In this document: piece by piece, positions 1 to 12,312 of the stretch
Layout: each line of letters starts with the position of its first letter
How positions within the stretch are numbered: position 1 is the stretch's first letter
NCBI GenBank assembly: GCA_030390025.1
Contig: CM059431.1
Coordinates: 142,664,001 to 142,728,000, forward strand
Reading direction: 5' to 3'
Length of the DNA: 64,000 nucleotides
Origin: Squalus acanthias
Taxonomy: Eukaryota
Notes under the pieces: model-generated
What the model saw: the letters and a program-made list of their open reading frames with translations, nothing else
Databases searched by the model: none
Told to the model about the DNA's origin: nothing
Position numbers and translations under genes: made by a program

Positions 1-507
1 ACATGTAGACAGAGATACACTTGGAAAGGCCGCATTTTCCTCGGGCGAGAATCACAATTGTCATCAAGTTCGCTGTAAGAAAGAGAGAGGAGAGAAATAA
101 TGTTCCAGTGTCTGATTGAAATATATATGGAGCTACTTGTGGAGAGAATTTTACTCCATTCAGTGTGATTATCCACACGGAGCAGTTTGAGAACAGGATT
201 AGTTTTGGAGCCATTACCTGGGAAACCCACCCACACATTTTAATGAGCTGCTGCAGCGCTCACTCTGCACGGAGTGACAAGACGGTCCGGAAATCCGCTA
301 AAATCCTTATGTTGGAGCTTCAAAGAACATTGTGACATGAGTAAGGATTGAGGGGAATGGGGAAAGTGTGGACTGGCGATTCACGAGTTTGTTCGGGTAA
401 CTACCGACTGTGCTGACATCAGGGAAACACGTTACCTTATACAACAGGCTGTAAGAACAGGGAGAGAGTAAACACCGATTAACAACAAACAGGTTACAAT
501 GGCTCAC

Positions 508-577
508 CGGGGACACCGACGGCTGCGAGAATCGGGTAGTAAATCTCTTTGATCAGCAGAATAGCTGGTCGCCCCAT
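508..577 (-). CDS. Exon 1 of a GPR139-like GPCR gene; the rest of the gene would lie beyond the left window edge
   Basis: Reverse complement reads ATG GGG CGA CCA GCT ATT..., i.e. MGRPAILLIKEIYYPILAAVGVP+G, followed by a GTGAGC donor. It has the same 70-nt length and phase-1 junction as exon 1 at 38456-38525, with a near-identical peptide. An AT-rich TATA-like ATAAATATAG lies about 80 bp upstream. Confidence 0.85.
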
Positions 578-1240
578 TTTCTGTGAGAATGGATGAATTC
601 TGTCGTAGCTGAAAGACTCTGACTGGCGCACGGCTGAGGCAATGGAAGGGAACCTATATTTATCCTCACATCAATCCTCCAGGGAATCAATCAGGCTACA
701 TCATTATAGCATTAGTTACAGTCATTTAACAAATAGACTCAGGTTAGTGTTTTGTTTGTATCAGATACATCGACTTCAGGCAAATAGTTGAAATGGTTAT
801 CGGACAGTTTAAAAACAGATAATTGAACCATTATTTACAAATGTAGAGTAGAATCTCCCAGTACTGATGCTGAGCCTATTCCTACAGGACGGGTGAAGGC
901 AGCTCCCCCTGCAGTAATCGCCCTGACACGGGCCTCACTCCCAGTGCCCAACTCCTCGCGAACAGGCGGTCAGCCTAATCCTGTCAGCAATCGGGCAGCG
1001 TCATAGAGCTTAACCATTTCCTTATATTTCTTTCCAATAAAAAGTATTCCTTGATGTATTTTTTGCAGTGGTAATCTGCAGCGATTTTATTAATACAGTC
1101 AACAGGTTTACCAGCTGGAATAAGCCTTTTTAATGAGGGTGTCCAGTCCTCCACTTCTGGGTAACCTGATTGAGAATCACTGAAAATGACATCAGAAACT
1201 ACACTGAACCTTTTAATGTTACTTTGGTCCACACGGTGGT

Positions 1241-1883
1241 GACCGATTTGTGGCGATCTGCTGCGGGAAGTTCAAGGCACAGTATTCCACCGAGCACTGC
1301 GACCGCCGTTGTTCTATCTGTCTCTGTCTGGACCTATTTAAAGAGGGGCCCCATTTAGTTTTCACATGAACCTGAGTGACCAATGAACAATGTGCAGTGG
1401 GTTTGCCGGATATCTGCGGACTTTCTTACATTACTCACATGGGCAGCGTACAACTTGGCCCGTATTACCTCAGTCCCATAGCTTCCCTTCATTCTGACGG
1501 CACTATTTAATTATTTGACAGTCAGACGTATTTTAGTGGTCTGTGAACCCCGCAGTGAGAATCAGACTGATTCGGAGATTGAGAACCGAAGGAAATCCAT
1601 CATCATACTCTTCACTATATCCGGCAGTTTTATACGAACATATACTCTTGTGGATCACAGCGGACGTGAGATTTTAACTACCCGAATGATAACCACCATG
1701 TATTCCCAGGGCGATTACACCAGTCCTGTATCGATCGCCACTCAAGCCGGATTTAAGCTGTTGTATTTGAGTTCCTGCAAAATCACCTGTATTTAGGCAG
1801 CGAACCAGAGGAAATTCAGCGAAAAGCTGCAGAATGTAGTGAAATCTGCCTGGACACTGATTCTGAGATTGATTAAAGAATGA
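1241..1883 (+). pseudogene. GPR139-like GPCR pseudogene (5'-truncated exon 2, TM3 to C-terminus)
   Basis: Encodes DRFVAICCGKFK..., TVRRILV...SENQTDSEIENRRKSIIILFTISGSFI and LLYLSSCKITCI*. These are colinear with the intact gene at 39276-40174 but carry frameshifts, deletions and stops. Confidence 0.9.
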
Positions 1884-2049
1884 AAAGGAATGAAGTCAAA
1901 CTAAAGCTTCCTTTTTTAATCTGAGTTCAATTTCAGCCCGTGCTCCAGCGGAGAGGGGCTTTCTTTCGGGTTGTGAGAGAATGGATTGCTCTTGTGAAAC
2001 CTCACAGGTATCAGAAAACATTTTAATAGAGTCTAAATGCGGGAGAGGA

Positions 2050-2770
2050 GCAAAGGGGTCTATGGGAACAGATTCACAAATCATTGAAAGTACCACGTCA
2101 AGTTAACAATCGCATAAAAATGTAAACCAAGCACTGGAACTCATTTTAAGATAACAGGATTCAAAAGCAGAGAAGTTGTGTTGAACTAATACGGAACCTT
2201 GGTCAGACCACACTGGGATTGCTTTGAACAATTCTGGTCTCCATATTACGAAACGGGGATCGAGGCACTTGAGAAGGTGCAAAAAGATTTTACAAGGATG
2301 ATACCGTAACTGAGAATGTGCAACTATCAGGAATGACTGAACAGGCTGGGATTCTTTCCTCTGGAAAAGAGAAGGCTGAGGGCTGACCTAATGGATGTCT
2401 TTCAATTATGAATGGGTCTGATCGGGTAGACGTAGAGAAGATGTTTCCTCTTGTAGAGGAGTTCAACAAAAGAGGTTTAAAATATTGGATAGTCACTAAT
2501 AAATCCAATAGGAAATTCAGGAAAAGCTTTTTTACCCAGAGATATTAGAATGTGGAACTTGCTACCACATGGAGTCCTCGAGCCGAATAGAATAGATGCA
2601 TTTAAGGGGAAACTAGAAAAGTCCTTAGGGGAGAAAGGAATAGAAGGATGTGCTGAAAGGGTTGGATGAAGTCGGGTGGGAGTAGGCTTTTCTGGAGCAT
2701 AAAATCGGCATAGATACGTTGAACGGACTGTCCTGTCCTGTGCTTTAATTTCTATGTATTTCTATGTAAT
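2050..2770 (+). mobile_element. CR1 LINE 3' fragment, degenerate
   Basis: RT C-terminal motifs (LVRPH.., QFWSP, LRADL, FFTQR..MWNLLP) followed by a CR1-type 3' tail (ttctatgta repeats). Confidence 0.8.
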
Positions 2771-3639
2771 TTCTTCTGTTTTGTAGGAGCCGTTCGACAT
2801 CTGCCTTCCTAGCGTTTTCTCGCTTCCTTCGTCGAGTGATCATAATTTTTTCTGGTAAATCAGCATCTTTTAACCTGAACATTCAAAGAAAACAGTCATG
2901 ATTGAGCTTAAGCTGTGCAGTGGAACATGTGAGCATCAGCGTCATCTGTCTCACACCGCAGGTCCTGGAATAAGACATGTCAGATTCATTGATGAATACA
3001 ACTTTCATTAGTGCAGAAAATATCAGGGGCCTTTCATCGTAAGTATTTGTCACTGTTCTGGATGTTTAGTGAGAATGATGCAGACTCCGGTCTCCCCAAC
3101 AAATCCCATTGTCTCCTGGACCAATAGAACGGGGCCTGTCTCCTGATCAGTGTCTAATGATGGAGAGAATAGAGAATTAACCCGCCAATGTGACGTTAGT
3201 CATCTCTGTTTACAGATACTTACTTAAAATGAAAATTTATCATTGGAAATTGAAGTTTGCACGTGATTGGCTCTGCCGCTAGCGGCTGAAGGAATCCTGA
3301 TTGATATTCCGGCCTGAGTCAGTATTTCCAAATAAAATTGGTCAAATATGTAAAATAAGAATACATTAAAGTAAAATTAATCGTGACGACATTTGAGGCA
3401 ACAGATTTGCAAAAAGATACTATCAAAATTCCTATATCAGATTGATGTTAAGTAGTCGGAGTTTACCTGAACCTTTATATGTCACATATAAAGGATATTT
3501 GTGGAGTTTTGTTTGATCTCCTGGACAGACATTGTTACAAATCATTCAGAACATGTCACCAGTTTGAATCAGTTGCTATTTGTTCACAGTTGTTCTACCC
3601 TGACATTCTGGTATGAATAACAAGGGGTGGGAACAAGGT

Positions 3640-3897
3640 CCTAATGGAAAGAAAGGCGAGGATGAACAGCGAGACCTGGGGATTCAAAGACTTCATTCCC
3701 TGACAGTACGGGTACAGATAGTAAATTCACAATAAAAGCAGCAGGGATTCGGTTTGACAGATTGGGACATTGAGCGCAAAAGTAACAAGTAATGATACAT
3801 TTGGCGAGGCTTTGGTTCGACCACAGTTAGAACACGAGCTGCAGCTTTGGCCGCCTCATTATAATTCAGCCCAAAGAGAGACACTCCCCAGAATGAT
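3640..3897 (+). mobile_element. CR1 LINE RT fragment
   Basis: ALVRPQLEHELQLWPPHY resembles the CR1 motif LVRPHLEYCVQFWSPHY. Confidence 0.7.
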
Positions 3898-4669
3898 GTC
3901 AACGCCCTGCGGAGTCTCTCCGTTCCACTCCAGGCAACGTCCGGTCCTCACTGAGTTAGACTGTCCGGCTCTAACAGTGGAACTCACTGCGGGAATTGGT
4001 ACCTGGTCCTTCTGTCACCTCACACTGCATCTTCATTCATCACAGAACATGGACAATCCTCACAGATCACAGCAGATGCAGAATAAAAATAGCGCGATAC
4101 CAATTAACAGTTTGAGGATTGTAAGCAATTCGATTCTGACCACAAAATACGATTTGCATCTCCAAATCTGTTTATTGTGTTCGACCAAGTCCAGTTACAT
4201 ACATAGGCCTTGAATTAGCGGTAGTAATGACGGCGAGGCTGTCAGCCCTGGCCATTGTTACTGGGCAAAATGAAGGCAACTCCTCTGGTCCGCACATGCG
4301 CAGTTCAACAAGGACATACAGAAGCTGCTGTCAGAGATACTCGGCTCCACCACAAGGAGGGCTGTTGCAGTCTTCGCCGATGGAATTAACACAGAAATCA
4401 GTGTTAAAGTGTGAACTTAAACTAATTATCTACTGTTCTCAGTCTAAATACCGATGAAAAGTTAAGCAGGCCGAGCTCTGCAGAGCGGAGATTGGAGCCG
4501 TCTGTCCGTTTAATGTTCACTCACCAACCTTAAGTTTCGACATGTAATCCTGTTCCAGTGTCCACAATCATTTATTTCAGTATCACAAGAGGCCGTTTAG
4601 CTTATTAAACCGCGACCGGCAGGATCACGGAGGGCAGATTGCTGTCAGCATCAGCTCCCGGGGAATGTA

Positions 4670-6135
4670 AAGAACCGACTCATAATACAGGGGATTGTTC
4701 GGGATATAAACCCCAGGGACTGTACTGAACCGGCTCATAACACAGGGAATTGTCTGGGAAATAAACCCCAGGGACTGTACTGAACCGGCTCATAATACAG
4801 GGGATTTTCTAGGATATAAACCCCAGGGACTGTACTGAACCGGCTCAAAATACAGGGGATTTTCTGGGATATAAACCCCAGGGACTGTAATGAATCGGCT
4901 CATAATACATGGGATTGTCCGGGATATAAACCCCAGGGACTGTACTGAATCGGCTCATAATACAGGGGATTGTCCGGGATATAAACCCCAGGGACTGTGC
5001 TGAACGGGCTCATAATACAGGGGATTGTCGGGGATATAAACTGCAGTGCATTTAATGAAGAGAGTCAAAATACAGGGGATCGTCCAGGATATAAATCCCA
5101 GTAAATTTCATGAACAGATTCATAATATAGGGGATGGACTGGGGTATTAACCCCAAGGGATTGTACTGAACCTATTCATAACACAAGGGATAGTCCGGGA
5201 TATAAATCCCAGGGAATTTACAGAACAGGGTCATAATACAGAGGTTGGACTGGGGTATAAACCCCAGGTGATTGTACTGAACCGGGTCATAATACAGGGA
5301 TGGTCCGGGATATAAATCCCTAAGAATTTACTGAAAAGGGTCCCCATACATGGGATGCACTGGGATATTATCCCCAGAGGAATGTACTGAACTGGGCCAA
5401 AATACAGACCGGGAATAACCTCCAAGAGAATGTATCAATCCTGGCCATAATACAGGTGATGGTCGGCGATATAACCCCCAGCGGAAAGTATTGAACAGGG
5501 TCATAATACGGGGGATGGTCACGGATATAAACCTTAGGGGAATATACTGAACGGGCCAGAATACAGGAGAGGGTGCAGAATATAAATCCCAGTGACTGTA
5601 CTGAACTGGGCAATAACACACCGCATTGCCTGGGATATAAACCCCAGGGGAATGTACTGAACCGGGTCATAATACAGGGGAGGGTGCGTGATATAAACCC
5701 AAGGGGAATGTACTGAACCGGGTCATAATACAGGGGAGGGTGCGTGATATAAACCCAAGGGGAATGTACTGAACCGGGTCATAATACAGGGGAGAGTGCG
5801 TGATATAAACCCAAGGGGAATGTACTGAACCGGGTCATAATACAGGGAGGGTGCGTGATATATACCCCAGGGGAATGTACTGAACCGGGCAATAACACAT
5901 GGGATGGCCTGGGATATAAACCGCAGGGGAATGTACTGAACACGGCAAGAACACATGGGATGGCCTGGGATATAAACCGCAGGGGAATGTACTGAACAGG
6001 GCAATAACACATGGGATGGCCTGGGATATAAACCGCAGGGGAATGTACTGAACAGGGCAATAACACACCCGATGGTCCGGAATATAAACACCAGGGAATG
6101 TAGTGAACTGGGTAATAATACAGGGATGGTCCAGG
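4670..6135. repeat. Minisatellite, 55-56 bp unit, about 26 copies
   Basis: The unit ATAATACAGGGGATTGTCCGGGATATAAACCCCAGGGACTGTACTGAACCGGCTC repeats in tandem, with sub-variants changing along the array. Confidence 0.95.
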
Positions 6136-6899
6136 CTTGGAGGTTTGTTTGGGTTATTCTGCAGTTTGGAGAGAAAATGTTGTTCTTCTGCCAACATGAG
6201 TGAAAATGCGAAGTTTCAGGTGCCCGGATATCAACTGTGAGGAAAAACACCAAACTAAACCACAGCCCCGGAGCTGATGGCTTTGAGAGATGCGGGAGTT
6301 AGAATGAAACGACAGGAATTACAATAAATGTATTAATCATATTATGTTTCAATAATGAATTACAAGAGTATTTCAATTAATGGCAAGCAAGTAGCACAAC
6401 CTATTTCCTCCGCGAGGTCCCGTTCAAGCTGATCAATCTGTGTATGTTTCATGGGATATCGTTACAGTGAAAGGAATTCCGACTATCCACGAGAGCACAC
6501 TAACTTTTGGAGGGAACAGATTCTACTCTTATACTATTCGGCTACCTTGGGCTGCATAAACTAGAACAATATTCCACCAAGCTGATGCCTCACTTGACAT
6601 GTTTACATTACCTTCTAATCGCTTAGGTCTCTAACTCTCCCCAGACGCAATGTTTATTGTACTGTAATGCGTGGGACAATCTTTCCATTTTACTGTGGTA
6701 TCTGGTGTCTTAGCTGCTAGTCCCATATCCAGCTATGGACAAACTCTTGACCTGGGTGTTTAGCATTCTCTCTCTTTGAGATTCCAAACTGTCTTTTGTT
6801 CAAACCGAGAGACAAGATTCAATTCCCCCCTTCCTCCCATTCAACTGGAACATGTGTAAGTCTTTAAATATTGTAACATTGATAACAAAATAATTTGTA

Positions 6900-7240
6900 G
6901 AATTATAATATAACTGTAACTGCAAGGATGAGGAATTGTAATAGTTTAATAACTGCAGCAAGTGGATTGTGATACCGTGATGACTGCAGGCATCAGGGAT
7001 GATAATATAATGAAAATTACAGAAATATCCTATTGTGATACGTTGATCACCGCAGACAAAGGGAATTGTAATATATTAAAAAGTGCAAGTATATCCAATT
7101 GTAGTATTGATCACCACAGACATGGGGAATTGTAATATATTAAAACTACAGGTATATCCAATTTAATATTGTTCGCACAGACATGGGGAATTGTAATATA
7201 TTAAAACAGCAGGTATATCCAAAGTATCATTGATCACCTG
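6900..7240. repeat. Degenerate AT-rich tandem repeat
   Basis: Recurring GGAATTGTAATATATTAAAA..CAGGTATATCC units. Confidence 0.7.
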
Positions 7241-7399
7241 GTAGCAAGGGCCTGAATGAAAGGCAACAGACGAACTGTGTTTATTTGAGGTGTTTTCGTG
7301 AGTGAGCGAGCCTGGAGAATAGCTTGAAACATTCTGATACATTGCGCTGTTGGGTCATCTTACCTGACCATGGTTCCTTGCCCCGGACAAGCCCAGTGT

Positions 7400-7620
7400 C
7401 ACTCTCGAGTCTAACGGTCGTAGCTTCAAGATCCGCACCAAGGTTTTGAGCGCATAATCGGACATGACTGAGTGACTGCTGCATCGTCGAATGTGTTGTC
7501 TTTCGAATGAAAAACGCAATCCAGTCCAGGCTGCCTCTACAAGTGGAAGGGAAATAACCCACGGCTCTAATGAAGGAAGAGCAGAGGACTCCTCTCAGTG
7601 CCTCGGTCTACATTGAGATA
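7400..7620 (+). mobile_element. Old DeuSINE (SacSINE1-like) fragment
   Basis: Degenerate match to the better-preserved Deu-domain copy at 11893-12312. Confidence 0.5.
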
Positions 7621-7754
7621 TCTTAAAAACTTAATAGGAGATTATACTTTCTCTTTTTTTCTTCAAGTGCCACGTCTTTCTAATTGTCCCCAGCATTCCC
7701 ACAGGTCAGTGTCTGTCCCGATATCCAGGGTCCCGCCCGCCTGAAATAATCACT

Positions 7755-8445
7755 GATAGATAACATGCAGGTACAGCAAGCAATTAAGAAAGCAAATGAT
7801 ATGTTGGCCTTTATTACAAGAGGATACGAGTAAAGACGTCTTACGGCAATTATATAGGGCCCTGTTGAGAGCACACCTGGAGTATTGTGCACAGTTTTGG
7901 TCTTCTTACATAAGGAAGGATATAATTGCCATCGAGGGAGTGCAACGAAGGTTCACCACACTGCTTCCTGGCATGGTGGGGATTGTCCTATCAGGACAGA
8001 CTGAGTAGACTAGGCCTATATTCTCTAGAGTTTAGAAGAATGATAGATGATTTCATTGAAACACACACAATTCTTATAGGGCTTGACAGGGTAGATGCAG
8101 GGAGGAAGTTTCTCCTGGCTGGGGAGTCTAGAACCAAGGGGCACAGTCTCAGAATATGTGGTCGGCCAGGGAGGACTGAGATGAGGAGAAATTTCTTCCT
8201 TCAGTGGGTAGTGAAACTTTGGAATTCTCTACCCCAGAGCGCTGTGGAGGCTCAGTCGTTGACTATATTCATGACAGAGATCGATAGATTTTTGGATATT
8301 AAGGGAATCAAGGTATACGGTGATAGTGCAGGAAAGTGGATTTGAGGTAGAAGATCAGCCATGATTTTATTGAGTGGCGGAGCAGGCTCTAGGGGCCGAA
8401 TGGCCTACTCCTGCTCCAATTTCTTACGGTCTAATGTTCTTATGT
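7755..8445 (+). mobile_element. CR1 LINE 3' fragment
   Basis: ORFs 7796-8345 carry RAHLEYCAQFWS, LGLYSLEFRR and RRNFF..VVKLWNSLP, then a 3' UTR with GGGGCCGAATGGCCTACTCCTG. Confidence 0.92.
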
Positions 8446-8519
8446 AGATATGTACTTGCCCTACAAGTCAATGTCTGCCACGGATATTCAGGGATCCACC
8501 CGAGTAGCTCGCAGGTAGA

Positions 8520-11107
8520 CATTTAATTGCCCTGCAGGTCAGTGTCTGCCCCTGATATTCAGTATCCCGCTCGCCCGAGAGGCTCCCAGGAATACATGCA
8601 CTGGCCCTACATTTCAGGCCTTTCGCATGATTTCGCCTATCTCAGCGGGTCCCGACCTCGCTGCTGGCTCCAGCCCGCTTTCCAAAATGATTTTAGGCTG
8701 ATTGGCTTTTTAAGCCCGCCCAGTGCGTTTGCCGCCCAATTAAAGGAAGCGTGTCTGATGACGTGAATTGATGACATGTCATTAGCCAGTTTCTTAAAAA
8801 GGGACCTTGCACAAATTGATTTTGACAGTTATGCTGTTCGTGTTCTACAGCACTGAGGTGCTGCAAACACTGACAGGCACTGCACAGAGGTGACCGGCTG
8901 CAGCCAGGCTCTATCACAACACGCAGTGAGGTCCTCTTCCTTTCCAATGTGCGGAAGAGACCTCCTCAGTAGATCAACGCAGCCTGGTTGCACATTGCAC
9001 AGGAGGACACAAGCAGGGATGTCGTCAGGAGGACCAGGCTGCAGTGGGGCAAACCTTCCAATGATCTCAGTAGATGACGAAAAGTTACTGCAAAGCCACA
9101 CTCAAACTCATCTTGCTGTGCCACTCATCACGTCCCCATCACTCGGCCTTCCCTACCCTACTCCTGCAAATCCTTACTCACACCAACTTACCTTTCACCT
9201 CCACCCATTCCTCTCTATCAACGTTATTATGTTGCTATTTCTCTAGCCACCCCTCACAGTCACCCTCGTCCTAGTCCAATCATAGCAACTAACAACAAAC
9301 AAGGTTAGTCACTTTTGCTATTGTGACGTTTCTGTTAATGTGCAGAAATTGTTAACATTGAAATCTTTATTTTCAAAACTTTGCACTCTTGGACAAATTT
9401 GAGTGGAACTTTGGACGTGGCTTACTGAGTTGCATTTAATGGTGAGACATAACGGTAGCACCCCCCACCCCCCCACCCGCCATCCAGCAATGATGATGAC
9501 TTTGAAAGAAATGGCTCGCCGGTTGTACGGATGCTTTATGGTGTTGGTGTGGGTTGCTAACAACCTGGCGCATCACGTGGCAGCCAGGGTGTACAGCGTC
9601 AAGTGAGGTAAATCTGTCCATGGTGTGGCCAACCCTGCCGTCCCGGGCAGCAATGTGGTCGGGTGCTGATGCCCTGTGTCCTGTGCAGCATCAGGTGATT
9701 GCGGAGAATGTTGATGTTAAGAACATAAAACATAAGAAATGGGAGCAGGAGTAGCCCCTACGACCCCTCTAGCCTGCTCCGCCATTCAATAAGATCATGG
9801 CTGATCATCGACCACAACTCCACTTTCCCGCCCGATCTCCATATCCCTTGATTATCCTACAGTCCAAAAATCGATCCATCTCAGCCTTGAATATACTCAA
9901 AGACTCAATATTCACAGCCCTCTGGGGCACAGAATTCAAAATATTCACAACGCTCTGAGTGAAGAAATTCCTCCTCATCTCGGTATTAAATTGCTTACCC
10001 CTTATCCTGATACAATGTCCCTTAGTTCTAGACATTCCAGACAGGGTAACCAACCTCTCAACATCTACCCTTTCAATCCCCTTCAGAATCTTGTATGTTT
10101 CAATGAGAACACCTCTCATTCTTCGAAACTCCAGATAGTATAGGCACATTCTACTCCATCTCTCATCATAGGACAGCCCTCTCATCCCAGGAATCAATCT
10201 AGTGGCCCTTCGTTGCTCCTCCTCCCAGGCAAGTATGTCCTTCCTCAGATAAGGGGAACAAAACAGTGCACAGTACTCCAGGTGTGGTCTCATCAAGGCC
10301 GAGTGCAATTGTAGCAAGACTTCCAAGCTCTTATACTCCAACCACTTGCAATAAAGGCCAACAAGCTATTTGGCTTCCTTATTGCTTGCTGTACCTGCAT
10401 GCTAGCTTTCTGTGTTTCTTGCACGACGGCACCCAAATCTTTCTGAAAACCAACATTTCAAAGCTTCTTACTATTTAAAAAAAAATTCTGTTTTTCTATT
10501 CTTCCTAGCAAAGTGAAGTGTTGTTGTGCTTGGTACTGCTGGTGTTGGGGCTGATCGTGATGGGATTCTGAGGACCAAGCTGAGATAATTTCAATGCCGC
10601 CGATGCTGATGTATTAGATGGCAGGTGAAGTTGAGATGACAGAAGTGATCTGTCAATGGTGAGAGAGGTTGTTCCAATAAGGTGGCACTGGATACAGCGT
10701 TTACTGCAAAAACTTGCAAACATCATAAAGCTCAATCTCTCTTCCAAATACAGTAAGCAACAGCTGCTGAGCTTGGAAAGTGAACAGCTGTGAGATGGGA
10801 GCTTTTATAGCACATTTACAGCTGTCAAGTAAAGTGATCTTTTAATTGGTAACACAACTCCCGACCTCCTTACTTGACGTTATCCCGAGCAGCATAGACA
10901 CCGTGGGCGAACTGTTAAACTCTGAAGGTGAGGTCAAAACTCTTTATAAGTCGCTCTCAACAATGTCATAATTACTTAAATTGCCTCCTCCTCCACTCCG
11001 TTCAGAGTTGACAGATCCGACTTCAGGGAAAGTCGCGTGGTGGCAGATTGACAAAAGAAAATCCCACCTGACCCGACACCAAACGTTCCCATCCAAAAAA
11101 TTCCCCC
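8520..11107 (+). mobile_element. Decayed PIF/Harbinger-like DNA transposon with a Myb/SANT-like ORF remnant, interrupted by a CR1
   Basis: Positions ~8920-9067 translate as RSEVLFLSNVRKRPPQ*INAAWLHIAQEDTSRDVVRRT..NDL, resembling a Harbinger Myb-like DNA-binding protein. The element ends in AAAATTCCCCC, a TIR-like sequence. Boundaries are approximate. Confidence 0.55.
9720..10512 (-). mobile_element. CR1 LINE 3' fragment
   Basis: ORF 9805-10341 is a CR1 RT C-terminus (RPHLEYC..SPY, RRNFFTQSVVNILNS). The tail repeat lies at about 9720-9738. Confidence 0.92.
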
Positions 11108-11198
11108 TAAGACTCTATGATTAGGGGTCCGGTAGCACAGTGGTTATGCTACTGTCCGAGTAATTCAGAGGCCTGGACTTATGATATGGAGACACGCG

Positions 11199-11642
11199 GG
11201 GCTGGATTTTGTCATTGGGGCGGGCTAGGGGCCTGTCAGGTGGTCTGCGTGTCAGGACCCCGCCTCCGATGTGAGGCGGGACAAAAGTGCGATTTTGCCC
11301 CAATTGGGCACTTGATTTCCAGCGTGTGGGAACCCCTGGACCAATGAGTCTTTTGATACTGAAAATCGCCTCCGATGACGTCATCTATGCAACTGGATTT
11401 CCGGCCTACAAGCAGCCTTGGTTCATTTTCAGCCTTACAACTTTATCAACATACTTCTGAGGGATTCCTACTGCTACTATTTCCTGCTCCAGACCAAAGT
11501 GTGCACAAAAATTCGACGAGGACTCCCTCCAGGCTCTGGTGGAGGGTGCAAGAGCAAACAAGGCAGTGCTCTTTCCTTCCTCACGGAGGAAAAAAGCCTC
11601 CACAACAGACCAAAGCTGTGTGGCTGCAACTGGCGCAGGAGG
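11199..11642 (+). mobile_element. Harbinger-like element 5' fragment with a Myb/SANT ORF remnant
   Basis: Begins with a TIR-like GGGCTGGATTTT. Encodes AQKFDEDSLQALVEGARANKAVLFP and, after a frameshift, KPPQQTKAVWLQLAQEV. Confidence 0.6.
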
Positions 11643-11908
11643 TGATGCTCGGTGTAGGTACAGTGTCAACCGTGGCCCAGTGGGAATGGTCATTTCTCTA
11701 CATTTACCGTTACGCAGTGATGTTAGGTGTAGGTACAGTGTCAGCCGGGGCTCGGTGGGAATGGTCATTTCTCTATATTTATCGTTACACAGTGATGCTC
11801 GGTGTAGGTACAGTGCCAGCCGTGGCTCGGTGGGAATGGTCATTTCTCCATATTTACTGTTACACAGTGATGCTATATATAGCTATAGTGTCAGCCGGGG
11901 CTCGGTGG
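11642..11908. repeat. 75-bp tandem repeat, about 3.5 copies
   Basis: The ORF track shows 25-aa periodicity (VMLGVGTVS...YRY). Each unit contains the head of the adjacent SINE. Confidence 0.9.
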
Positions 11909-12312
11909 TAGCAGCGTGGTAGTCAGAAGGAGTGGCTTCCAACTCCACTCCACAGACTAAACCACATCATCTAGGCTGGTGGAGGTGCCATTTTGCAGAG
12001 GTGATGTTAAACCGAGGCCGTGTGTTCCCTCTCAGGAAAACGTGAAAGATCCCATGGTACTATTTCGAAGAAAAGTAGGGGATTCATCCCCCGCATCTTA
12101 GCTGATCTTTATCTCTCAACCAATATTATTCAAACAAATTAAGTCGTCATTATTGCATCGCTGTTTGTGGGATCATGCTTTGCGCAAATTTGCTGACGTG
12201 TTTGCAACATTACAGCAATGACTACACGACAAATAGTTGCTTCATTGGCAGTAAAGTTGTTTGGGGCGTCCTGGGGATGTGTAAGACGCTATAGAAATGC
12301 AAGACTTTCTTT
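11893..12312 (+). mobile_element. tRNA-derived DeuSINE (SacSINE1-like) with an L2-type tail
   Basis: Head CAGCCGGGGCTCGGTGGTAGCA; Deu-domain GTTAAACCGAGGCC...AAAGATCCCATGGTACTATTTCGAAG; tail GACGCTATAGAAATGCAAG. Confidence 0.75.

Noticed and set aside
4049..4126. Another degenerate GPCR exon 1 (ATG...GTAAGC)
   Set aside because: The length is similar, but the peptide lacks the IYYP/FGVP signature.
5231..6253. Overlapping repetitive ORFs
   Set aside because: Artefacts of the 55/56-bp minisatellite, open in several frames.
11375..11922. 178-aa and 145-aa repeat-containing ORFs as novel proteins
   Set aside because: Explained by a frameshifted Harbinger Myb remnant plus the 75-bp tandem repeat.
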